Positions 1 through 7,948 are shown, numbered from the stretch's first letter. The stretch is 22,039 nucleotides of DNA from Chlamydiales bacterium (GCA_047611865.1 JBLFWS010000041.1:1-22039), one strand, 5' to 3'. A program made the numbers and translations. Notes: a model not told the origin generated them from the letters alone.

Positions 1-618
1 CACAGTGACCTTCGGACCCATCTTCCAAGTAGGATGATTCAAAGCATCTTCTACTGAGATACTCTGTAGTTGTTCATAGGAAAAGTCTCTGAATGGTCCG
101 CCAGAAGCCGTTAAAATAATTCTTCGGGCCGTAGCTTTATTTTCGCCTTGCAGACATTGAAAAATAGCATTGTGCTCACTATCAATAGGAACAAGATCTA
201 CACCTTTTTCACGAGCTAAGCCCGTAATTAAAGCCCCAGCAGAGACGAGGACTTCTTTATTTGCCAAGCCAATATGCTTTCCGGCCTCAATCGCAGCCAT
301 GGTTGGTATCAATCCGGCTGTACCTACAATTGCCGAAATAACCATATCTGCACTAGAACAGGTTGCAACAGCCTTTAAAGCATCCATCCCTCCGAGGACG
401 TTAAATCCTGGCAAACGCTTCCGTAATTCGCTTGCCTTATCGAGGTCAAAAACACCGATAATTTCAGGAGAAAACTCCCTGGCTTGTTGCTCAAGAAGGT
501 CAATATTGGAGTTCGCAGCAATGGCTGAAACAGCAACTCTTTCTCCGAGATGCCGAACCACTTCCATAGTGCTTTTTCCGATTGAGCCCGTACTTCCTAG
601 TATTGCTAATCGCTTCAT
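1..618 (-). CDS. dxr: 1-deoxy-D-xylulose 5-phosphate reductoisomerase, 5' part (continues beyond the left edge)
   Basis: Not in the ORF track. The reverse strand from ATG at 618 reads MKRLAILGSTGSIG (NADPH-binding motif), then IGLANKEVLVSAG, PIDSEHNAIFQCL, ILTASGGPFR and HPTWKMGPKVTV, all Dxr signatures. Confidence 0.97.
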   Translation of the reverse strand, partial: MKRLAILGSTGSIGKSTMEVVRHLGERVAVSAIAANSNIDLLEQQAREFSPEIIGVFDLDKASELRKRLPGFNVLGGMDALKAVATCSSADMVISAIVGTAGLIPTMAAIEAGKHIGLANKEVLVSAGALITGLAREKGVDLVPIDSEHNAIFQCLQGENKATARRIILTASGGPFRDFSYEQLQSISVEDALNHPTWKMGPKVTV

Positions 619-655
619 TGTAATATAACTAGCTCTATTTTTGAGTATCAGAAAA

Positions 656-683
656 AGTATAACAGCAAACGGGAAAATGTCAA
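656..683 (-). promoter_or_regulatory. sigma70/sigma66-type promoter for dxr
   Basis: On the minus strand: TTGACA (683-678), 16 nt, TATACT (661-656), with an extended -10 TG. It lies about 38 nt upstream of the dxr ATG. Confidence 0.7.
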
Positions 684-719
684 TGTTATCGAAAGGCGCC
701 TGAAACAATTCAGTGGAAA

Positions 720-1730
720 TTATTTTAGCAAATCTTTTTTTATCGCAAAGCGATTAAGAAGACCCGCAATAAGGCCATTGCTTGGTGAAACGACTAAAGC
801 CAGAATATAAAATACAGCAATGACACAAACAACCAAGCCCGCTGTTGAGAGGGGGATATAGTATATTGACAAGAGATGCCTTGACAAAGCCACCCCTGTC
901 ACCGAAGAAACTATTCCTACAACAGAACTAATAAACAGCATTTTCCCCAAACGATCAGTAAGTAACCTGGCTATCAAAGGAGGCCCTACTATAAATGTCA
1001 AAACCATCAGAACTCCCACCGCACGAAAAGCTCCAATTGATGTAGCAGAAACGTTAACCATCAAGAGATAATTAAAAAATACAGTTGAAATCCCCAAAGA
1101 CTTTGCTAGCTGAGTATCAAAGCTCGTTATTTTGAATTCTTTAAAAAAAGCCGTGAAAACAAAAATATTCAGTAGCACTACAGTATATACGAGTTTTAAA
1201 TCATCAATATGTAAAGCATCCACGTTTCCCATAACCACTTCTGCGCCAATATGAGCATTACGGGTGTACATTGAGATCAGAATAATCCCCAATGCAAACA
1301 TAGTACTAAAAACCAAACCGGTACTGGCATCTTCCTGTAACCTGACAACAGTAGTTAAGAATTCCGTAAGAAAAGTCGTTAAAATCCCTGTAACTACAGC
1401 CGCAATCATCATTGCCTGAATATCAATCCCCTGGTGATCATGACCATCAGCAGAATTATGCGTAAGAATATATGCGAGCACTATACCTAACAAAATAGTA
1501 TGAGAAAGAGAGTTAGCCAACATCGTCATTCTTCTTAACACCAGAAAAGTTCCTACAATTGAGGAGGAAATAGCCACCCCAACGAGTACAAGCATTTGCA
1601 ACTCATCAGCCACCAAGCCCTCAATCTCTACATTTCCGCTACAAAAGCTGATGAATCGTTGTATCAGAGTCAGAAAAAAACCCAGAAAATCTTGCTTGTA
1701 GTAGGGGTTAATATAAGCTAATAAGGTCAT
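720..1730 (-). CDS. ytgD: Mn/Zn/Fe ABC transporter permease (TroD/YtgD, ABC-3 family)
   Basis: Hydrophobic protein with GTFLVLRRMTMLANSLSHTILLG, EDASTGLVFS and AFRAVGVLMV motifs. Start overlaps the upstream stop (ATGA) and it is the last permease of the operon. Confidence 0.92.
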   Translation of the reverse strand: MTLLAYINPYYKQDFLGFFLTLIQRFISFCSGNVEIEGLVADELQMLVLVGVAISSSIVGTFLVLRRMTMLANSLSHTILLGIVLAYILTHNSADGHDHQGIDIQAMMIAAVVTGILTTFLTEFLTTVVRLQEDASTGLVFSTMFALGIILISMYTRNAHIGAEVVMGNVDALHIDDLKLVYTVVLLNIFVFTAFFKEFKITSFDTQLAKSLGISTVFFNYLLMVNVSATSIGAFRAVGVLMVLTFIVGPPLIARLLTDRLGKMLFISSVVGIVSSVTGVALSRHLLSIYYIPLSTAGLVVCVIAVFYILALVVSPSNGLIAGLLNRFAIKKDLLK

Positions 1731-3076
1731 GGTATCGTCGCTTTTCTTGGGGGGATAGGCTGAAAGTGAGGGTCTCGTTTAGGATCATGGAGAAGATCTG
1801 TTAACTTCTCCTCCAACTCTGGTGTAATAATATGCTCCATCTCTTCTGCAGATTTGTGAACACGCTCTACTCCAAAGCCTAGATAGCTTGCTAGGTACAC
1901 TTCCCAAAGTCTATGCAAACGTACAATATGTGCAGCACGATGTTGACCATCAGTGGTGAGTTGATACATATCACCTTCGATTTTCACTACCCAACCCTGA
2001 TCTATTAATCTAGATAGAGTAAAATACACAATGTAACGCGAAGTACTTTGTAAGTTTGCTAATTGACTTAAGGCAACCCCCTTTACCTCCCCAAAACGCC
2101 AAATTGTCTTTAGAAGATTTTCCTGTAAACACTGAAAGCGAAACTTCATTATACGCCAAGTTCTTAACAGGACTCCTCTTTCAGGAGCTATTAGTAAAGA
2201 AAGTACACATATACTTGAAGCAACAAGAACTATAACGGGTCCCGTTGGAAGTGATACACGCCAGGAAGGATAGAAAGCCTTAAGATACTGGGAATATTCT
2301 ACAGAGATCACTACACCAAAGAAGCCACTAGCAACTCCAAAAAATGCTGAGAGAAAAAACATTTTGTATAATTTATTGGTATATTGTCGTGCTGCAGCAG
2401 CAGGAGCAATTAACATTGCTGACATCAACACAACTCCTACACTTCTAATCCCCACAATAACAGCAAGTACTATCAAAAAGAAAATCAGGCTTTCGATTAA
2501 GTTTGCTTTGATACCTACTGTAAGAGCAAAATCCCTATCAAAATTAATAACTTGTAATTCCTTGTATAAAAGAAAAACTACCAAAACAATGAAAAAAGAA
2601 AGTCCACCATATAAGACTACATGCATATCCGTCATCGTTGCAGCTTGTCCATAAAGATAGCTTTGAATCTGGATATAAAGGGTTGTATGAGTAAATTGAA
2701 CTCTACTCGCTAAAGTAACTCCGACTCCAAAAAATACAGACAAGACGAGACAAAGAGCTGAGTCAACACGTACTCCAAAACGGTTTTCCAATAAGTTTAT
2801 TACCCACAATCCCAATACAGAGGATAAAAATGCTCCAACCATTATACAAGGAGCAAGCCATTCTCCTCCCAAGTCATTAGGGAATAGGACTGAATAAAAT
2901 ACTACTGCGAGAATAACGCCTGGGTAAGAAGCATGGGACAAGCTCTCACCTAAAAGCGACTGCTTACGCAAAAAAACAATAACTCCAACTAGAGAAGCCG
3001 CAAGACACATCAGCATGCAACCCAAGGTAGGTGCCCTAAGAACAGGATCGGTAAAATACATTAGTAAATAATTCAA
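1727..3076 (-). CDS. ytgC: Metal ABC permease fused to a C-terminal DtxR/MntR-type repressor (YtgCR / TroC-TroR fusion)
   Basis: N-terminal ABC-3 permease (LRKQSLLGESLSHASYPG, GIRSVGVVLMSAMLIAP). From about residue 319 a DtxR-like domain (ENLLKTIW, LTTDG, VRLHRLWEVYL, AEEMEH, DPHFQPIP). Confidence 0.93.
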   Translation of the reverse strand: MNYLLMYFTDPVLRAPTLGCMLMCLAASLVGVIVFLRKQSLLGESLSHASYPGVILAVVFYSVLFPNDLGGEWLAPCIMVGAFLSSVLGLWVINLLENRFGVRVDSALCLVLSVFFGVGVTLASRVQFTHTTLYIQIQSYLYGQAATMTDMHVVLYGGLSFFIVLVVFLLYKELQVINFDRDFALTVGIKANLIESLIFFLIVLAVIVGIRSVGVVLMSAMLIAPAAAARQYTNKLYKMFFLSAFFGVASGFFGVVISVEYSQYLKAFYPSWRVSLPTGPVIVLVASSICVLSLLIAPERGVLLRTWRIMKFRFQCLQENLLKTIWRFGEVKGVALSQLANLQSTSRYIVYFTLSRLIDQGWVVKIEGDMYQLTTDGQHRAAHIVRLHRLWEVYLASYLGFGVERVHKSAEEMEHIITPELEEKLTDLLHDPKRDPHFQPIPPRKATIP

Positions 3077-3093
3077 CTCTACCTCTAATCAGA

Positions 3094-3900
3094 CTACAAA
3101 AAGCCTGAAGTTCTATTTTGCGAAAGCTTTGCTGCTTCACCAAATAGCGCATGACTTTTGCCAAACGCAGAGTGCATGGTTGTTTCGTTAAAAACATCAA
3201 TAGTTTTCCCAGATGCAACCAAATGCATGTTCAATATCACAAGCCAGTCAAAATATGACTCAACAGAATTTAAATCGTGATGAACGATAAAAATCGTTTT
3301 CCCTTCATCACGAAGCTTACGTAGAAGCTCAATAATCACCTTCTCTGTGGCCATATCAACGCCAACAAAGGGTTCATCCATAAAGTAAATATCAGCCTCC
3401 TGCATAAAGGCTCTAGCAATAAACACCCTCTGCTGCTGTCCACCGGACAATTTGTTAATTTGCCTTTCTGCAAAAGAACGCATCCCAACCATATCTAAAT
3501 AATGTTTTGCCGCTTCTTTATCAGCTTTACGAGGCCATCGGAGCAAACCCAATTTGCCATATCGGCCCATCAAAACAAGATCAAGAACAGTAATTGGGAA
3601 ATCCCAATCCACAGTCTCTTTCTGGGGAACATAAGCTACGCGTCCACATACTTCCTTAAAAGTCTTCCCAAAAAATTCGACCTTACCCGAGATCGGTTTG
3701 ATCAAATTTAAAGCCGTTTTTACTAAGGTCGTTTTCCCTGCCCCGTTTGGACCAATCACCCCAACGATGTTTCCTGGAGGTACAGCCATGGACACATCCC
3801 AAAGGACAGGCGTTTTATCATAATTTACTGTTATCTGATAAAGCTGTAATGCTGGCGGAACGAAGTTACTACTTTGCTGTTGGCTCATCGTAGTTTCCAT
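3094..3900 (-). CDS. ytgB: Metal ABC transporter ATP-binding protein (TroB/YtgB); start may be ATG 3888
   Basis: Walker A GPNGAGKT, signature LSGGQQQR, Walker B YFMDEPF, H-loop VHHDL, and the YVPQ..VDWDFP motif typical of TroB/MntA. Confidence 0.95.
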   Translation of the reverse strand: METTMSQQQSSNFVPPALQLYQITVNYDKTPVLWDVSMAVPPGNIVGVIGPNGAGKTTLVKTALNLIKPISGKVEFFGKTFKEVCGRVAYVPQKETVDWDFPITVLDLVLMGRYGKLGLLRWPRKADKEAAKHYLDMVGMRSFAERQINKLSGGQQQRVFIARAFMQEADIYFMDEPFVGVDMATEKVIIELLRKLRDEGKTIFIVHHDLNSVESYFDWLVILNMHLVASGKTIDVFNETTMHSAFGKSHALFGEAAKLSQNRTSGFL

Positions 3901-4903
3901 TTAAATAATTAGAAATTGTCAATGCGTTGTGCCTGATCATCTTCAGATAACTATCTCCTGTACTTCCTGATTCGCCCTTAGCATCCCCATAAAGAGCTGT
4001 TCTTGCAATTTTTACAGATATGTCCTTTTCAAGGGCGGCATCAAGAATTTTCCTAATTGAATCCTTACTGACATTGGACTCTGAAAAAAGAATGCTAATA
4101 TTGTATTTTTCAAGATGTTCTAACGTATTCTGTATGTCCATTGTACTTATTTGAGCGTCAGGTGCAAGCCCTTCAGGAGACTGAAAACGAATTTTCCATT
4201 GCTCAAAATCTTTCTCTTCAGGACCAGCTAGATAGGAACGAGTAAAATAATTAAATGCATCATGACTAGTTACCAGGTAACGCTTATCTTCTGGAACAGA
4301 ATGCAATAACTCTCGGACTTCTTTATCTACTCTCTTCATCTCTAGCATAAATTCCTGGCCATTCAGGCGATAAGCTGCTGCATGTTCTGGGTCATGCTTA
4401 CTTAGCTTCTCCACAATGATTGGCAAAGTCCTCATCCACATAGAGATGTCCATCCAAATGTGAGGGTCAAGTTGTCCATCAACTTCTAGAATTAATTCCT
4501 TGTATTTCTCACGAACTATATCTCCAAGTGAAAAGGCAAGCGGATTGTTTTCAAGGCTATGCTTTAAGCTGGGTCCATGCTCCAGGCCCAAACCGTTATA
4601 AAAAATGATATCCGCATACTCCAGCTTTTCCCCGTCCCCTTTAACCAGTTCATATGAATGAGGGTCAAGGTTCCCTTTAATCAGCGAGATGGAGGTAACA
4701 TGTTCTCCTCCAACCCTTCTCACGAGGTCATCAATCATACCAATTGTCGAAAGAACTCTAATTTTCCCTTTAGAGTCTACCCAATCCTCAAACTCTTTAC
4801 CGTGAGAAATATCCACTCCACCAGAACAAGAAACTAATAGGATCAAAAAGCCACAACACAGCAAACGAAAAAATGAACTTCCTAAGACATTATTTACGGG
4901 CAT
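3869..4903 (-). CDS. ytgA: Metal ABC transporter substrate-binding lipoprotein (TroA/YtgA)
   Basis: Lipobox LVSC and the cluster A-I metal-ligand motifs DPHSYE, DPHIWMD, SHDAFNYF and LYGD. RBS AGAGGA upstream. Confidence 0.93.
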   Translation of the reverse strand: MPVNNVLGSSFFRLLCCGFLILLVSCSGGVDISHGKEFEDWVDSKGKIRVLSTIGMIDDLVRRVGGEHVTSISLIKGNLDPHSYELVKGDGEKLEYADIIFYNGLGLEHGPSLKHSLENNPLAFSLGDIVREKYKELILEVDGQLDPHIWMDISMWMRTLPIIVEKLSKHDPEHAAAYRLNGQEFMLEMKRVDKEVRELLHSVPEDKRYLVTSHDAFNYFTRSYLAGPEEKDFEQWKIRFQSPEGLAPDAQISTMDIQNTLEHLEKYNISILFSESNVSKDSIRKILDAALEKDISVKIARTALYGDAKGESGSTGDSYLKMIRHNALTISNYLNGNYDEPTAK

Positions 4904-4926
4904 CTTTCCTCTTAAAAGTTAAGTTA

Positions 4927-5250
4927 TTAGCGACCAAGTTCAATAGCCTCAAGATTTATTATCCTTAAGAAGTCAAATCCATAAATACCATTTGAACAAC
5001 CAGATGTGAAATCGATACGGAGGGCGTAACGTCCCACACTTTTCACACGTTTTGCCCGAACGTTCTCATCAATTGTCGCTATATCAAGAACTCTTTTTCC
5101 TGTTGACTCGTCAACACAACTCGCACAAGGACATTTTTTTTGAAGATCACTTAGGCGATAATCTACCAACATCCCATCAGTCCATTCTATAGTAAAGACA
5201 TGATCGTCTTTTTGTTGAATGGATCGAACAAAAGCAGCTCTAGCTTGCAT
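4927..5250 (-). CDS. DUF971 / gamma-butyrobetaine-hydroxylase N-terminal-like small metal-binding protein
   Basis: IEWTDG, LQKKCPCASCVDESTG, VGRYALRIDF and GIYGFDFL match the DUF971 pattern. Start placed at ATG 5250 (MQARAAF), overlapping the mrp 3' end; the ORF track start at 5298 is an alternative. Confidence 0.85.
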   Translation of the reverse strand: MQARAAFVRSIQQKDDHVFTIEWTDGMLVDYRLSDLQKKCPCASCVDESTGKRVLDIATIDENVRAKRVKSVGRYALRIDFTSGCSNGIYGFDFLRIINLEAIELGR

Positions 5251-6106
5251 GAGAGCTATCCTCCCATAGTAATTCAAAGTTTTCCATATGCTTGCCATTT
5301 TCCCCTTTCATTACTTCCACATGATCCAAAACCCTCTCTGCCAGGTGAAGAAATTCCTTAGAAAGTGGACTCTCTGGCTTTTGTGAGAGAATAGAAATCC
5401 CCATATCACAGAAATGAGAGAAGTCTGGATCAATTGGCAAAGATCCCAGAAGCTGAACACCCGCCTCTTCCGCTAATGCCTTTCCACCTCCTCTACCGAA
5501 GAGATAGATTTTTTCACCTGAGCGTTCATGAAAGTAGTAGCTCATATTCTCAACTACCCCAACTACAGGTACATGAACTTTAGTAAACAGCTCCATGGCT
5601 TTCCGCACATCACTTACCGCAACCTGTTGAGGAGTTGTGACCATTAGTGCTGCTGTAATGTGAGCCTGCTGACACAAGGTTAATTGAATATCCCCGGTAC
5701 CTGGAGGAAAGTCAATAATAAGATCATCCAAATCACCCCAGTCAGTATTATTAATAAATTGAGAGATCAGTCCATTGGCAATCGGAGCCCTGATCACAGC
5801 CGCCTCATTATCCTTCCGAAAATAGGCCATGGACATCACCCGTATACCTTGGGACAAGGCAGGCTGAAGAATATCCCCCTTTTGTTCAGGTAGTCGATCC
5901 TCAGGGAGCATCCTCCTCACTGAAGGTCCGTAAATATCTGTGTCCATAATACCAACAGTACGACCAAGGCGCTTAAGTGCCATCGCAAGATTCACTGCGA
6001 CAGAGGATTTGCCTACGCCTCCCTTCCCTGCAGCTACAGCAATTACATTTTTCACTCTTGAAAGCGCGTGTATCGGTTTCTTTTCATCAAACATCTTCAG
6101 GGGCAT
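5240..6106 (-). CDS. mrp: Mrp/ApbC/NBP35-family P-loop ATPase (Fe-S cluster carrier family), atypical: lacks CxxC
   Basis: Deviant Walker A GKGGVGKS, plus DTDIYGPS, DFPPGTGD, VTTPQ and VVENMS. Start set at ATG 6106 (MPLKMF), preceded by RBS GGAGA. Confidence 0.92.
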   Translation of the reverse strand: MPLKMFDEKKPIHALSRVKNVIAVAAGKGGVGKSSVAVNLAMALKRLGRTVGIMDTDIYGPSVRRMLPEDRLPEQKGDILQPALSQGIRVMSMAYFRKDNEAAVIRAPIANGLISQFINNTDWGDLDDLIIDFPPGTGDIQLTLCQQAHITAALMVTTPQQVAVSDVRKAMELFTKVHVPVVGVVENMSYYFHERSGEKIYLFGRGGGKALAEEAGVQLLGSLPIDPDFSHFCDMGISILSQKPESPLSKEFLHLAERVLDHVEVMKGENGKHMENFELLWEDSSHAS

Positions 6107-6768
6107 TATTTCTCCATTTATTGACATAATTTTTAATTTATAACTATAGCAAAAATAAAAGTTTTCAAGCAAAAGGTTTCTAGATTACACATAATAATTC
6201 ATTAGCCAAAATTATTCTTTATACCTTAGGAGAAAAACCGACTCAATCCATATATATAATCACTATCTAATTATATAAACACCAAATAACTAAATCTACA
6301 GAAACAAAGGCAACCAATCAAAACAAACAATAACCAACTCAAACGATACAAATATAGCGAAGTAAAATAAAACTAAATAGATTAAGAATTCTCTATAACA
6401 GAGCCTCTCAATCATCAGCTCTTTCTTCTTTTTTATCTTGCCTAAAATCGTACCATTTTTTATACATTGCACTTAAAGATTAAACCCAATTAATACCCAT
6501 AAAAGTTATGCCTTTTCCAATCGAAATGAGTCCATACCAAATTTTTCTAAGAAGATTAGATATGCTTTGTGACTTTAAGAGGACAATAAAGAGAGCGAGA
6601 AACCACCTTGCTGGTGGATGATTGTAGTTAATCAATTCTTGCCTATACAAATACTTAATTTCCTATGCTCAAAACAAATATGAAAATCTCGAAATCAAGA
6701 ATGGACTTACAAAATTAAAAACCAGCGGGTAAGGGTAAATCCATCAATTAGACACAAAAAAAGGAAAA

Positions 6769-7311
6769 GTGCAAATGAGTCACACGAATCAAAACTTAGA
6801 TAAATTTTCCCTTAAAGAACTGCAGGGAAAGCTTGAGGAGCTGATTGCCAACGCCATCCAAAAAATTGGTGGAAACAAAGAAAATGACCTTTGTAAATTT
6901 CTACCAGTTCCTACTGGCGGGTACATGCACCACTTCACACTTAGAAAAATGAAAGTTGAAGAGCCCGAAAAACTTTTAGAACTCATTCGTAAATTCATCA
7001 TTAAAGTCGAAAAGCCCGGAAAAGTGGATCCTAAACCTCGCGCTGCAAGAGGCTCCAGAAAAAAGCGTGACCAAATCGTACTCAGTAAAACAGATCTCGA
7101 CCGCATGCTAAATATAGCCAGGCTCGCTGGAGACAAAGAAATGATTTCTAAGCTCACCCCAAAGAAATCCCTCACACAAATCAGGAGAGACTTAATCTCT
7201 TCCATCAGACAAGGCAAAGGCGAACAGGAACTCTGGAATGTTTATGTTGAGGCACTTGCAAATCAAACAACTCTTAATGGCACTCAAACACTACAGAATC
7301 TCTCTCTCTAA
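6769..7311 (+). CDS. Conserved chlamydial hypothetical protein (probable CT066-like; basic and soluble)
   Basis: 180-aa ORF with AAGGA RBS (GTG 6769 or ATG 6775). It lies between the ytg operon and the NTT gene, as I recall CT066 does in C. trachomatis. Contains GGYMHHFTLRKMK and KPRAARGSRKKR. Orthology is inferred from synteny. Confidence 0.75.
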   Translation: MQMSHTNQNLDKFSLKELQGKLEELIANAIQKIGGNKENDLCKFLPVPTGGYMHHFTLRKMKVEEPEKLLELIRKFIIKVEKPGKVDPKPRAARGSRKKRDQIVLSKTDLDRMLNIARLAGDKEMISKLTPKKSLTQIRRDLISSIRQGKGEQELWNVYVEALANQTTLNGTQTLQNLSL

Positions 7312-7401
7312 CGGCCTACAAGGCACTGTTGCAACAGTAAGCCTAGGCTAGGCTTCGGGATTTCTAATAGTAAAGCCTTTAAAATTTACCTCCTCCTCCA
7401 A

Positions 7402-7434
7402 CAAGCTTCGGGGCAATCGCCTCGAAGCTTGCTT
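7402..7434 (+). terminator. Strong stem-loop, probable terminator or 3'-stabilising hairpin
   Basis: CAAGCTTCGGGGC - AATC - GCCTCGAAGCTTG: 13-bp stem with one G-U pair. The U-tail is weak. Confidence 0.6.
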
Positions 7435-7572
7435 AAACCCAGTGGACACCCGATCCTAGGTCGTGTATTAAAATTAGGGAATGTCTGATTTTGAGGGCAT
7501 TTTTTTATAATTTTGGATCGCTCACGACTCTCCATACTTAGACAAGTAGGTGAGTTGGGTGCAATTCAAAAG

Positions 7573-7782
7573 GGCGTTATTGCATAATTTAATACGTTTA
7601 CAATCATTTATTTAACCACAGAGAGCACCGAGAACAGAGAGAGATAGAAAAATGCATAAAGTCTCTCAGAATATGCTATCAACTGATCTGTGATTTTTTA
7701 TTTTCTCTGTGCCCTCTGTAATCTCGGTGGTAATATGTTAATCATAAGCCTCTTGTAGACGCATGTTTTATGCAACAACGCC
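7573..7782 (+). mobile_element. 210-bp MITE with IS903-group-like ends, copy A
   Basis: TIRs GGCGTTATTGCATAA / TTATGCAACAACGCC. Flanking 9-mers ATTCAAAAG (7564-7572) and ATTAAAAAG (7783-7791) match at 8/9. Second copy at 18629-18838. Confidence 0.9.
7613..7733. repeat. Internal REP-like inverted repeat built from three CAC(A/C)GAG-type 9-mers per arm
   Basis: Left arm ACCACAGAG AGCACCGAG AACAGAGAG. Right arm reverse complement ACCACCGAG ATTACAGAG GGCACAGAG. Confidence 0.7.
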
Positions 7783-7860
7783 ATTAAAAAGTGTGAAAAA
7801 ATGTTCTAAAAGCAGCGTTTCGTAATTTTAATACACGACCTAGTGCTGATGTGCCATTTT

Positions 7861-7948
7861 GAATGAAGAAGAGACTATTGCAACAGTCATAATTTCGGCA
7901 GTAGACACCTTTGCTTTGGGGAAGGTCTTACACACCAAAGAAATTGAG
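7861..7948 (-). pseudogene. Possible degraded N-terminal fragment of an IS982-family transposase
   Basis: Minus strand reads LNFFGV*DLPQ, then after a 1-nt shift AKVSTAEIMTVAIVSSSF. This resembles the D-PQ-KMS-AE(I/V)MT-AIV N-terminal motif I recall for IS982 transposases. Short, and recognised from memory only. Confidence 0.4.

Larger units (their letters stand above)
7456..7843. mobile_element. Palindromic MITE-like element with CTAG ends (about 169 bp without the nested insertion)
   Basis: Perfect 21-bp inverted repeat CTAGGTCGTGTATTAAAATTA (7456-7476) / TAATTTTAATACACGACCTAG (7823-7843), with imperfect complementarity continuing inward. No transposase ORF. Confidence 0.8.

Noticed and set aside
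170..628. 152-aa plus-strand ORF
   Set aside because: Antisense shadow of dxr, which has clear motifs on the minus strand.
6107..6768. Hidden gene or RNA in the 660-bp AT-rich divergent intergenic region
   Set aside because: No ORF of 60 aa or more lies wholly within it, no tRNA/SRP/tmRNA signature, and promoter candidates had poor spacing (for example TTGCCT-19-TATGCT at 6639-6669), so none was called.
6789..7217. 142-aa minus-strand ORF, and the other short ORFs lying inside ytg, mrp, NTT, secDF, recJ, the fusion gene and hemH
   Set aside because: They overlap well-supported genes antisense or out of frame and have no recognisable motifs.
7873..7888. Second copy of the ACTGTTGCAACAGT palindrome as a shared operator
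   Set aside because: One mismatch, and it lies in the MTVAIV codons of the putative transposase remnant, so coincidence is more likely.
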